Virus record (IMG/VR): IMGVR_UViG_3300035183_000733
Span: 186,001-250,000 of that record
Length of the DNA: 64,000 bases
Strand: one strand, 5' to 3'
Part shown: positions 9,455 to 18,806 of the stretch, piece after piece
Numbering within the stretch: the stretch's first letter is position 1
Layout of the letters: the number at the start of each line of letters is the position of its first letter
Notes under the pieces: model-generated
What the model was told of the DNA's origin: nothing
Seen by the model: only the letters and a program-made list of their open reading frames with translations
Database searches by the model: none
Translations under genes and position numbers: made by a program

Positions 9455-9573
9455 TTATTTGGATTTCCAAATGCGTACGTTTAGCACACCGTCGCCCTTA
9501 TCCACATGATATTTTATGCCATCATGTTCGGATTCGGTTAACAGCCTTGGTCCAATATCTTGATGTGTCTCAT
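9455..9573 (-). pseudogene. Small tagged ORF (MRHIKILDQ..LLTESEHDG...) with a one-base frameshift
   Basis: 119 nt from ATG to stop; two frames join near 9545. Confidence 0.4.
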
Positions 9574-10008
9574 TTATTGTTGTGGCTGGAGTCCACCCAT
9601 TGCAAACGGCCTCTCTGCGAGCGCATTTAACCTGCCCTGAACTATAGTGTGGAACACGGTCTCGGCGCAATACTGCGTCCTGAAGTTCCTGTTCTTGCAG
9701 TTGAAGACTATCAGGTCGAACTCGTCCTGCCTCTCGTTGACAACCTTGTCGATGACCTCCTTTAGCCTGTCGAGCATGGTGAAGTTCTTCTCAGATATTG
9801 ACAAGAAGTCCATACCAATGTTGAAACAAGCGTCCCTCACTGTCTGGTAGTAGTCGTCTCGTATCGGTTCCAACTGCCCGGACATCATATAATAATTATT
9901 CAGCCCGAGTGGATTCTGCGGAGAACGTCTGCGAACGGCCACGGTAATATTGGTGGGTCCGCTCCCATTGAGCTGTATCGATTCGTTTATGTCCTTGATG
10001 TACTTCAT
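9574..10008 (-). CDS. Hypothetical tagged protein (MKYIKDINES)
   Basis: 144-aa ORF, coupled to neighbours. Confidence 0.6.
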   Translation of the reverse strand: MKYIKDINESIQLNGSGPTNITVAVRRRSPQNPLGLNNYYMMSGQLEPIRDDYYQTVRDACFNIGMDFLSISEKNFTMLDRLKEVIDKVVNERQDEFDLIVFNCKNRNFRTQYCAETVFHTIVQGRLNALAERPFAMGGLQPQQ

Positions 10009-10358
10009 TAGACCGATGCCTGCAGTAGCTTTATCAATTCTTCGAGGACGTACTGCGCCTTGTACTTAACCTCGCTCTTGCCGACCTTGCCGACCCTCGA
10101 GTTTATCTCGGTCTCCACGATCTTGCCAATTTCTTCCACTATGGCATCGAGCTCCGGAGCATCGTCCTTCACAATTCCTTCGGCAACAATGTGGTTCTGC
10201 GAGTACTCGCCGAACCTCTCCTTGTACTGCTCCTGTATCGCCTGGAGCGCAATCCTGGCTGCATCCTGTTGCGACTTGAGCGGATTGGTCTTGATGATGT
10301 GCATCATCTCGTTCATCTGTGTGACGAAACGGAGTCTGTCGAATTCTTTCTTTTCCAT
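10008..10358 (-). CDS. Hypothetical protein
   Basis: 116-aa ORF; GATATATA at 10379-10386. Confidence 0.6.
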   Translation of the reverse strand: MEKKEFDRLRFVTQMNEMMHIIKTNPLKSQQDAARIALQAIQEQYKERFGEYSQNHIVAEGIVKDDAPELDAIVEEIGKIVETEINSRVGKVGKSEVKYKAQYVLEELIKLLQASV

Positions 10359-10384
10359 TTATTTTCGGTTGGTTTCTTTATATA

Positions 10385-11017
10385 TCACTTGACCGCGGCC
10401 AATTTCTCGTTGGCTTCATACAGCACCTCTTGCGGGACTACCTGAGAAAGGGTCTCGTAGCTGTCCGCATCCGCCCTGGTTATCCCGAGCCACTTGAGGA
10501 ACTCGTCGGGATCCGACGTTATCTCAACCGACGACGACCATACGCTCTCCGCCTTCATTGCGCCCTTGTTGAGGTCGAACTTGACGCCCCTGCTCTTGGC
10601 GAGCGCACACAGCAACCAGTTCCTGTGTGCGCTCTTCGCCTTGCCGGTCACCTTCGCGTACACGAATTTGGACCATTCTGGGTAGTACACCGGTATGAGG
10701 TCTACCTGCACCATCCCGTTGATCGCCTTGCCACATATCGGGAATCCGAAGCTGTACACTGATATTCCCGGCATCGCCTTGCCCTGGACGGTCTTGCCAA
10801 GCTTGGCGCTCATGACCCATGTAAAGTCCTGCTTCGGATCGACTCTCACACCAAGATCCAGGTCGCCGGACAGTCCCTCCTCCCGGTGCCACGCTGATCC
10901 TATTAGCATGACCGTCTCGACCTTCGAGTGATCGAGGAACCTCTTTAATGGAGAGAGTGTCTGGCGTGCCTCGTCACCAGTTATCTTTCTAACACCTTGT
11001 ATCGCATATCCCCCCAT
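10385..11017 (-). CDS. Pol-beta superfamily nucleotidyltransferase
   Basis: IGSA.....SGDLDL signature and a third Asp in VQVDLI. Confidence 0.65.
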   Translation of the reverse strand: MGGYAIQGVRKITGDEARQTLSPLKRFLDHSKVETVMLIGSAWHREEGLSGDLDLGVRVDPKQDFTWVMSAKLGKTVQGKAMPGISVYSFGFPICGKAINGMVQVDLIPVYYPEWSKFVYAKVTGKAKSAHRNWLLCALAKSRGVKFDLNKGAMKAESVWSSSVEITSDPDEFLKWLGITRADADSYETLSQVVPQEVLYEANEKLAAVK

Positions 11018-11310
11018 TATCTTGTAGTTTCTGTCTTTGCAAGTTCCAATGCCTCCTTGTACGTATTATTGTCGGGGTATAGTCTGCAGAGCTTGCCTAT
11101 CCATGATACTATCTGGTCCTTCTTGTCCTTGGTGAATATGCCCTTGCCTACCGAGATGTAATGAAAATTGCTCAGGACATCCTCCTTGGAAATACTCGGA
11201 TGGTCCTCAAACGCGCTAAGCTCCTCTTCAGTCGGTTCTCTGTACAGAGTACGATCGAACACCATGATTGGTTTCTCATTGAAACTTTCGTATAGTTTTA
11301 GATGTTTCAT
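11017..11310 (-). CDS. Hypothetical tagged protein (MKHLKLYESFNE)
   Basis: Start moved to the ATG at 11310. Confidence 0.6.
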   Translation of the reverse strand: MKHLKLYESFNEKPIMVFDRTLYREPTEEELSAFEDHPSISKEDVLSNFHYISVGKGIFTKDKKDQIVSWIGKLCRLYPDNNTYKEALELAKTETTR

Positions 11311-11365
11311 ATTAGATTGCCACTCCAACCATGCCCCGCTTCATAGTCGTCCATCAACAAAATAT

Positions 11366-12515
11366 CTACTTTATAGTTTTAACACCCTTACCGTTATATA
11401 TCCAAAACTCGAACTTAATACCAAGTGCTTCTGCTGCTTGTTTTTTTAATAAGTTCAATGGAAGGTTTGTTTTTAATGTATAGTCGCACTTAACCTCCAC
11501 TATTCTATTCTCAGATATTATATAAATATCGGGGTAGTACTTGCGTTTAATTCCTACAGAATCGACATACCAGATGCGCCCCGTGTGCTTCTCTATCTCT
11601 GCGTTCGACACCACTATGTCGTCCTCCACATACCCCATGTTAAGCAGGTCGTTGATAGCAAACCCTTCGTACCCTTGGATCTTCTCGAGCCTACCAGACG
11701 GGAACATGTATAATTTCTTCTTGAACTGTGCTGACTTGTTAGCATCAAACGACGGAGCGTGCTGCATGATGTGCTCTACGCCATACCGCTCCACCATCGT
11801 CTCCCTGAACTTGGCCCTGAAATCCTTGGACTGTGTGTACCAGTCTGCACCGTGCTTTGACCTGTTTGTGTTGCGAGCCTTTTCTTTCACCACATCCGAA
11901 CACATCGATGACGCGCCTCCGTACCTCTCCTTGTTTGTATTTTGTAACTTCTTCATTACGGACTTGTTTTGTAGCACATGGTCTACACCGTACTTGGCAC
12001 GGACCGTATCGATCTTCCTCTTCTTTGACTGGTCGGATTGCGTGTGGTGCTCGACTCCGTACTTTTTGATATAAGTTAACTTTGACTTTATCCTTGAAGT
12101 TCTGAGATTGCGTCTGGTGATCACAACCGTACCGCTCGCGGTTTGTCGCTATGACCTTTTCTTTGCATTCTTTGGTCTCAAAATAATTGTCGACTCCATA
12201 CTTAGCTTTCACTGCTTCCTGCGTCTTATCTAAGTTATACTTCTTCTTGCATTCTATAGCAGTACATGTAGCGTAATAGTTAACTGCATTTGTTGGCTTG
12301 ATGCCATACCGATCGATGGAGAATTTTCTCATCTTTGAAAACTCTCGCGGGGCCGAACAATATGGACAAACCTCAATCTCATAGCTGGAAAACCACACGT
12401 GGTAGAACCGCTGTTGTATGGAAATATTTTCTGCTGGTGCATACATCTCGTCGAGAAACCGGGTCAGTTCTCGCAGCTCCGCCACATGTTCAGGGTTCTT
12501 CGATATACACTGCAT
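11366..12515 (-). mobile_element. Homing-type endonuclease with KYG/RYG repeats and a C-terminal PD-(D/E)XK domain, split by a +1 frameshift near 12078
   Basis: Zn-knuckle CPYC; repeated KYGV/RYG units in both ORFs; YYPDIYI..IVEVK; deleting one A from AAAGTTAACTTAT gives KVTYIKKYG. Confidence 0.7.
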
Positions 12516-12587
12516 GATTGAGCCAAAGGCCTTGCCTGTCTTGGATCTCCACTGATAAGTTTGTTTATCTATATATCTCTTAATTTT

Positions 12588-13319
12588 TCAACTCCACAGT
12601 AAAAACCATGCAGGAGAGTTCTCGCTGTCTATCTGTGCCAGAATTTTCTCGAGCTCCTCTTTGCCGTCCTGTTTGATGCCGTCGAAGTTTATCTGTACAC
12701 CGCCTGGCAGGTTGTAGTTGAATATGGATAACGTGCGTCCGAGGTTTATCTTGGCCATCGCCAGGCAGTAGCGAACGAACAGCTCGTCGTCATAAAGATT
12801 CTCTTCTGGTATCTTCACCATCGTGCGTATTACTGCGCTCCTGAACGGGTTGCGGCCCATAACAGTTATTCTCTTCGTGTTCTTGTTGAAGCTGTATGCT
12901 ATGGTCTCGAGAAGGTAAGCCCTTGCGAGGTCGAAGTAGCTGTACATCGCCGTCCTGTAAACGAGGTTGTCACCTTGGAATGGTGAAAGGAATATCTCGG
13001 CTCCGAGGAGCTTTGAGTCCGAGAAGTCTCTTTCCGGCTGGCCCACGAGTCCGAGACCGGTGATTTCGCGCATATCGTACACCGACATGACGCAGTCTGG
13101 AAGTATTATCTCGCGCTTGGTCTTGAAGCTCTCGTGCTGGAATATGCCCTCTGGTATCAGGATGAACCTGTCCTCGACGGCATATTGGTAGTTATCGTAG
13201 AAATACTCGCGGGCCCTCTTTATGATACGCTTGACTTCCGCCTCGTTGAGCGAGTACGGGAGCGCGCACGATAGGGTGAGCTCGTTGTTTATTTCTTGAA
13301 TTAGTTGCGCCTCTGTCAT
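12588..13319 (-). CDS. Neck/head-completion protein (T4 gp13-like)
   Basis: YCLAMAKINLGRTLS.F..NLPGGVQIN motif of gp13. Confidence 0.75.
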   Translation of the reverse strand: MTEAQLIQEINNELTLSCALPYSLNEAEVKRIIKRAREYFYDNYQYAVEDRFILIPEGIFQHESFKTKREIILPDCVMSVYDMREITGLGLVGQPERDFSDSKLLGAEIFLSPFQGDNLVYRTAMYSYFDLARAYLLETIAYSFNKNTKRITVMGRNPFRSAVIRTMVKIPEENLYDDELFVRYCLAMAKINLGRTLSIFNYNLPGGVQINFDGIKQDGKEELEKILAQIDSENSPAWFLLWS

Positions 13320-13387
13320 TTTTTAATAACCTTTTCTTTTTAGCTTGGCAATATATTTCGGGTCGTCAAGTTCCTTTATCCATCGTT

Positions 13388-14755
13388 TCATAGTTTATTT
13401 ATGCCGAGCTCGGTCTTGCCGTGAGTGTTTGGCGTTCCCTTGTCGTCTTTGTTGTCGGCCTTGAGCACCTGCTCTATGACCTCGGTCTCCTTTGATATTT
13501 TTGCCAGCTGGCCTATCTCGCCGGACCTTATGATACCACCCTCGACCTTACCGTTTATTATTCGCTTCTTGTTGTCGATGTAGCAACTGTGCGCTTCATT
13601 GTACGCGTGGAATGGCGTGTTAATTATCTTTGACTTCGACACGATATTGCCGGAGTACAGGTTGGAGTCTGCGACGTGCGCGTTAGTTATCACGCACCTG
13701 TACAGGTCGCACCCGAGTATGTTGCCCTGTAGCTTGGAGTCAAATAATTCAAGTTCCTTTATGTCGAATCCCTTCTGTATTATGGCGTCCTTGAGTTGAT
13801 ACCTTCCGGCATCTGCGTCGTAGTTTAGGATGCCCTTACGCATGCCACAGTTGACGATGAGATCGAACAGCTTCTCCCTCAGTACCGGGTAGTACGTCTT
13901 AATCACTTGCGGCTCACCCTTCAGGTCCACAAACAGCTTTATGTTCGGGTAGTTGTAGAAGAACGCCTCCATGTCCGAGAACGAGGATACCACCTTCTTG
14001 TGCTCGACTATGACGCTCTTGAGCCTCGACAGTTCCGCATCAGTATAGATGTTGTTGTTCTGTAGCACGTTATACGTGAACGTGCCGATATAATTTATTA
14101 TCTGGAGCAGGTCGTGTGCTTTCTTCTCGTAGCTTCGCCCGCCGCAGTACCTGACCTCGAAGTATCCCTTCGAGAGCTTGGAGAAATTGATGCCGTAGTA
14201 CTTGTCGCTCGGCAGCTTGTAGTTCTCTTTGTGTATCTGTGTGATGTTCTCGTTGAAAATGAACTTGTTTACCGGCAGTATCTGGTTGATGCTCCTGGCG
14301 TACATCGAGTTCTTCCTTTTCGGGAATCTGTCGTATATGAACTGCTCGTCGAACCCGAGTATGAACTTGAGCTTGTTTATGAACTGCAGCTTGTTCTTAA
14401 GGTCTATCTTGAACTCGTCGAACGACATGTTGACGTGCAGCGCGCACTTCTCGTCGGTCCACCCGTTGTCCCGTATCCACCCAAGCACCTTGGTCAAACA
14501 AGATATTGCCTCGTAGTACGGCATCGGTTCTGTGATGATCTCGTTCATGCGGACGCCGCCGGAGAAGTCAGGTTCGACCTTCCATTCGCCATCGCCGAGC
14601 GGAGTCTCGGAGTGGTACACCTCGCCGACCTTAATCTTCTTCCTGACGATGGCGCCGAGCTCCTTGGAGAGCTCCTTCCTCGTCTTGTTGGTGTACATCT
14701 CGAACTCGAACCCAATGACCAGGCCGTTCAGTATTTTGCTTTCTTGTATGTTCAT
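13388..14755 (-). CDS. Putative amidoligase (COOH-NH2 ligase type 2) domain protein
   Basis: IGFEFE, WKVEPD..G..NEIIT, CALHVN, KYYGIN, FEVRYCG. Confidence 0.65.
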   Translation of the reverse strand: MNIQESKILNGLVIGFEFEMYTNKTRKELSKELGAIVRKKIKVGEVYHSETPLGDGEWKVEPDFSGGVRMNEIITEPMPYYEAISCLTKVLGWIRDNGWTDEKCALHVNMSFDEFKIDLKNKLQFINKLKFILGFDEQFIYDRFPKRKNSMYARSINQILPVNKFIFNENITQIHKENYKLPSDKYYGINFSKLSKGYFEVRYCGGRSYEKKAHDLLQIINYIGTFTYNVLQNNNIYTDAELSRLKSVIVEHKKVVSSFSDMEAFFYNYPNIKLFVDLKGEPQVIKTYYPVLREKLFDLIVNCGMRKGILNYDADAGRYQLKDAIIQKGFDIKELELFDSKLQGNILGCDLYRCVITNAHVADSNLYSGNIVSKSKIINTPFHAYNEAHSCYIDNKKRIINGKVEGGIIRSGEIGQLAKISKETEVIEQVLKADNKDDKGTPNTHGKTELGINKL

Positions 14756-14901
14756 CTAAGACCCAATTTTAATAATAAGTCGGCACCCGTTCCCATCCTC
14801 GCAGCTGTTTGTGATAATGACATTCCTCATCATGTTATTTCGTTAGCTTGTTCTGGCTTCAGTTGTTCCATCTTCTTCATGTTTTATATATCGTGTAAAA
14901 T

Positions 14902-14932
14902 AAAAAGAGGGACCAGTTTTAATGGTCCCTCT
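14902..14932 (-). terminator. Intrinsic terminator downstream of the S1 gene
   Basis: AGAGGGACCA/TGGTCCCTCT stem followed by a T-run on the minus strand. Confidence 0.75.
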
Positions 14933-15065
14933 CATCTAAGATTGAGTGCCTAACAGTGAGCAGGCCGTATCTATCGTTCGCGATTTGGCCCCTGTGTCTG
15001 TACGTCGCGACTCGCTCAGGGTTCCTGGTTTACACTCGGTATTTCGACCCCTTATTCCCCTTAGA

Positions 15066-16163
15066 TTACTCTTCGTCGGCCTTCAGGTAGATCTTGCGAG
15101 CCGAAACATCCACGAATTTCACGTAAACGTCCACGTCGTCGCCGACTTTGAGACGTCCGAGTTTCTTTAGTTCCTTGGTAGGTAACAATCCAGTCACCTT
15201 GTTCTTCATCTCAACAAAGGCCCCGAACTGCTTGATGTCCTTGATCTCTCCCGTCACAATCTCTCCCTCGTACTTGGCCTTGAACTCGGTCAGCGCCATA
15301 ATCTCAGGCGATGGACCCTTCTGACTTAGTATGATACGGTTGTTCTCGCGTATCTCCTTTATGTAGAACTTCATCTGGTCTCCCGGCTTTATGTTCCTCC
15401 AGTCGCCGTCAGTAATCTCGGATTCGTGCAGGAGCCCTGTGAACATCTCGTCCCACTCCACGAACACGCCGTAGTCCACAGTCCCAGTTGCGATCCCGGT
15501 AAATTGCGCTCCGAGGTCGAGTTCCTTTATCTTCGAAGGGATTATCTTCTGTATGTACTTCTTGTTCGACACTACGAACATGTCGGACGATTCGAGGTAG
15601 TTTTCCACCATTACCATGACCTCCCTGCCGAGCATTGACTCGAAGTTGAGGACCTTGTTGGCGGCAGCCAGGGATCCTGGCATGAAGCAGTCGAGCCCGG
15701 CGATGTCGACCATGAAGCCGCCATCGTTTATGGACTTGATGGTGCCCTTGTAAGCGGTAAACTCTGTTTTCATAGAATCGAATAGGTCTCGCTTCAGGGT
15801 TATCATGTACGCCTTCTCTATAGAGCCGTAGTAATTGCCCCTGTTGATTGTCTCGAGCAGGACATCCACTTGCAGCCCCGGCTTGAGCGTGTGCCCGGTT
15901 TTCTCGAGGAATCTGCTTTCCTTCTGGTAGTCGAGGAATATGTTCGCGGACGATTCCGTTGTAACAACGACGATCGATCCGTCGACTTTGTCTACTCTGG
16001 CCTTGCATATCTGGCCCACAACCATGTCTTTGGGGACTATGGAGCGGCCCTCGAAGTAGGCCTGGTATTTGTCGTAAAGTTCTTGCGCGTATGGTTCCTG
16101 GCAGTATACCTTGTGGCTTGGGTCCTTGGTTATTACTGACTTGTTCTCTATGAGTCTGCCCAT
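15066..16163 (-). CDS. Ribosomal protein S1-like protein (multiple S1 domains, truncated)
   Basis: GGFMVDIAGLDCFMPGS, YGVFVE...TGLLHESEI, FGAFVE...GLLP. Confidence 0.8.
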   Translation of the reverse strand: MGRLIENKSVITKDPSHKVYCQEPYAQELYDKYQAYFEGRSIVPKDMVVGQICKARVDKVDGSIVVVTTESSANIFLDYQKESRFLEKTGHTLKPGLQVDVLLETINRGNYYGSIEKAYMITLKRDLFDSMKTEFTAYKGTIKSINDGGFMVDIAGLDCFMPGSLAAANKVLNFESMLGREVMVMVENYLESSDMFVVSNKKYIQKIIPSKIKELDLGAQFTGIATGTVDYGVFVEWDEMFTGLLHESEITDGDWRNIKPGDQMKFYIKEIRENNRIILSQKGPSPEIMALTEFKAKYEGEIVTGEIKDIKQFGAFVEMKNKVTGLLPTKELKKLGRLKVGDDVDVYVKFVDVSARKIYLKADEE

Positions 16164-16423
16164 TGAGATTTTAATTTTGGTGGTTAAACAATAGTTATCT
16201 GCGTATCGTATCTTTATTATATACTCAAACCTATAAAAGCTTCGGCTTTTTTAAGAATTATTTGAGCTTCTCCTCCAAAACGAGAGTGCCGTCCTTTTTT
16301 ATCTTATCCGCGAGCTCCCTCGTTATGACATACGTCTCCATTCTCTTGGGTGTCAACGATTTCTTCATCTTGAATTTGGCTATCTCCGGGTGGCTCGATT
16401 TGTACACGGACACCGTAAGCTTC

Positions 16424-16975
16424 CTAAAAATATGCAGACCGTATTTTTTTTAGCCACACAATAAAGTCCGCCAGGTTATTATCGGTTATCAGGTCTACCG
16501 GCACGACTACGAGACTGATAGCCTCGATTTCGTCAAATATGACGACCCCGTATTCCTTTATCCTCGCATAGCTCGAAACCTCGAACTCCTCGGCGTTCTC
16601 CGACTTGACTATGTTGTATTCTGGGAATTTTTTGTTCAGTTCCTCCCTCATCCTCATGAATCTCGGGCCGTGCGCGTCCCGCTCCCTCACCCCCGTTTGC
16701 TCAAGGTATGCGTGTATCATCTCGTGCGCGAGAACGTTCCTGAGCTCCTGGAGTGACATCTTGTAGTAGTACGATATGCCTATGTCTCGGATATTCTGCC
16801 CGTCGTAGCTCATGAGCCCTACGGTGTTCTTCGAGTTCATCCACCTCAGCGGCACCGGTTTAACTTTGCCGTCGAACTGGCGCGTATTGATATGGTCGAA
16901 TTCGGCACGGAGGTCGATTTTCTTGTAGTTAATGTGTTCGGCCTCAAACAGTCCTATGTCCTTGATGTATTTCAC
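16424..16975 (-). CDS. SprT-like zinc metalloprotease with internal-protein-like tag
   Basis: LAHEMIH and HGPRF motifs; N-terminus MKYIKDIGLFEAE. Confidence 0.75.
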   Translation of the reverse strand: MKYIKDIGLFEAEHINYKKIDLRAEFDHINTRQFDGKVKPVPLRWMNSKNTVGLMSYDGQNIRDIGISYYYKMSLQELRNVLAHEMIHAYLEQTGVRERDAHGPRFMRMREELNKKFPEYNIVKSENAEEFEVSSYARIKEYGVVIFDEIEAISLVVVPVDLITDNNLADFIVWLKKIRSAYF

Positions 16976-17354
16976 GCTTTATATCGCTCGAATCCACAGT
17001 AAGTGGGATCCTTACGATACCTTTGGCATTGAGCATCCTCGGATCCTGTGGAACTCCGTGCCGTGCGCTGCGTTGTCGCGTATGTCAAACTGTGCAAGAT
17101 ACTGATGGACATTTCGTGAGCGAGTATGCCACGCATGTCCTCTTCCGTTTTTGTGTAGAACCCGGACAGCTCTATGTACATCGGGGTCTTGGTAAATACT
17201 CGCTTGCCGTTGACGAAGCTGGAAGACGTCTTGGACACGAACAGACCGCCCCTGCTTTTAGTGTGATGCTTAGTTCTATCGGCTCGAGCACCCCGTCAAA
17301 CAGCACCGTATTTAGGTACGCGTGGTGCTCGTACAGGTCAAATTAGGTATTCAT
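16976..17354 (-). pseudogene. Disrupted SprT paralog (in-frame TAA plus about three one-base frameshifts)
   Basis: Frame-joined reading FDLYEHHAYLNTVLFDG..ILAHEM.HQYLAQFDIRDNAAHGTEFHR aligns with the adjacent SprT. Confidence 0.65.
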
Positions 17355-18760
17355 CGCCTCACAATATAGAGTAGGTCCGTTGGCCTGGTGTATGCCGTGT
17401 ATTTAATCCTATTCCTCTCGTACACGTTCCTGTTGTAGTTGATGTCGTCCTCTATTATGAATGTGTTGGTGTACGTAGAACCCTGCGCCTTGTGCGCCGT
17501 GATTGCGTAGTTGTAGCTCACGTCCGCGAACTTCCGTAAGAAATCGTAGTACTTGACCCAAGAGCGGTCCTTACCCTTTAGTTTGATGGCCTCACTCTTT
17601 AGGTACGCTGCGTGCCTGTTGAAGTCCCCCTCTGAATCCTCGTGCAGTATTTCTACTTCCCTTGTGATCTCGCGTCCGTCGATGTCGATATGTCTGACCT
17701 TGACCTCGTATATCTGGAGCTTCACCGCCTCGTCATAGTTATTCCTCGCGTAGTTCCTCGTGCGTATGTCGTACGATACAACCTCGAATTCATCGTTGGT
17801 GGTGAATATGATTGTGTCGTAATCCGACACCACCGGCTTGTTCGCTATCAGCTTCTCGCCAGGCATTATCTTAGCCAGGTCGGTCTGCTTGTATATTATA
17901 GAGCGTATAATGCGGTTTAGGTTGTCCACCGTTACGTTCCTCCACGCGATTATCTTGGCGTAGTCGGGGTTCGCGGTGAACTCAGGCGAATCGAACTTCT
18001 CAGTAAAGAGCTCGGTGAGTTTGTCGCGCTCCTCCTTTTTATTAGCATCTATTATCACGACGCCCTTGCCGTCGCATCCGAGCGTTGTCTGCCTCGGGAC
18101 GTCCGGGTGGACATCCGACTTCAGGTCATTCCTGATAGCGAAAGCCGCAGCGAGTATGGGGTTGCCCTCCGCCTGGCGCATGGTCTCCGTGAGCGTGCAC
18201 CTGTCCATGACGTACTTCTCCCTCTCCTCCGGTATAAATGGAATGCAGTCCGGCTTTCCTACCGGTGGAATCTGTGCCGGGTCGCCCATGTATAGCAGCT
18301 TAACGTGCCCGCTGTGCCTGTACAGCTCTACGAACAGCTCGTCGCTTAGCATGGACACCTCGTCGACTATGACGAAGTGGAAGTCCTCTATGGTCGAATC
18401 CTCCTCGTTCTGCCTTACGAATACTTGTTTGCCGTCATTGGTTATTTGCTCCTTCAGGCCGAGTAGCTTGTGTATGGTCTGAAACTCGAGCTTGCGGTCC
18501 TTCATGCTGCTCGATTTCTGCAGGACCTTCACCGCTTTGTTGGTAGGCGCGGTCACGGCTATCTTCCATCCTGGAAATTTGGTCAGCACGTGCCTGATTA
18601 TCTTGGATACGAGGTAGGTCTTGCCGGTGCCCGCGTATCCCTCGAGCAAGAACATAGAATCACCGCCGGCCTCGAGAAAGTGCACAATCTTCTTAAATGC
18701 CTCGCGCTGGCCGGTGTTAAGGTCTATCGGTATCAGTAATTTTTTGGTGTCTTCGCTCAT
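17351..18760 (-). CDS. Dda/RecD-like SF1B DNA helicase
   Basis: GYAGTGKT, APTNKA, VDEVSM, GDPAQIPPV, ITAHKAQGST; start moved to MSEDTKK. Confidence 0.85.
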   Translation of the reverse strand: MSEDTKKLLIPIDLNTGQREAFKKIVHFLEAGGDSMFLLEGYAGTGKTYLVSKIIRHVLTKFPGWKIAVTAPTNKAVKVLQKSSSMKDRKLEFQTIHKLLGLKEQITNDGKQVFVRQNEEDSTIEDFHFVIVDEVSMLSDELFVELYRHSGHVKLLYMGDPAQIPPVGKPDCIPFIPEEREKYVMDRCTLTETMRQAEGNPILAAAFAIRNDLKSDVHPDVPRQTTLGCDGKGVVIIDANKKEERDKLTELFTEKFDSPEFTANPDYAKIIAWRNVTVDNLNRIIRSIIYKQTDLAKIMPGEKLIANKPVVSDYDTIIFTTNDEFEVVSYDIRTRNYARNNYDEAVKLQIYEVKVRHIDIDGREITREVEILHEDSEGDFNRHAAYLKSEAIKLKGKDRSWVKYYDFLRKFADVSYNYAITAHKAQGSTYTNTFIIEDDINYNRNVYERNRIKYTAYTRPTDLLYIVRR

Positions 18761-18806
18761 GCGGGTTATACGGCAAAAGATACCCAATGTTGCCCCCAAT
18801 CTTCCA

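Noticed and set aside
11366-12515. Programmed +1 frameshift decoded by the 8-nt-loop tRNA-Ala
   Set aside because: The shift site reads GTT-A-ACT, not an Ala codon; no slippery context was recognised.
14946-15058. tmRNA gene downstream of S1
   Set aside because: No T-arm, no strand complementary to the 5' GGGGAAT, no CCA end, and the putative tag does not end in ALAA-like residues.
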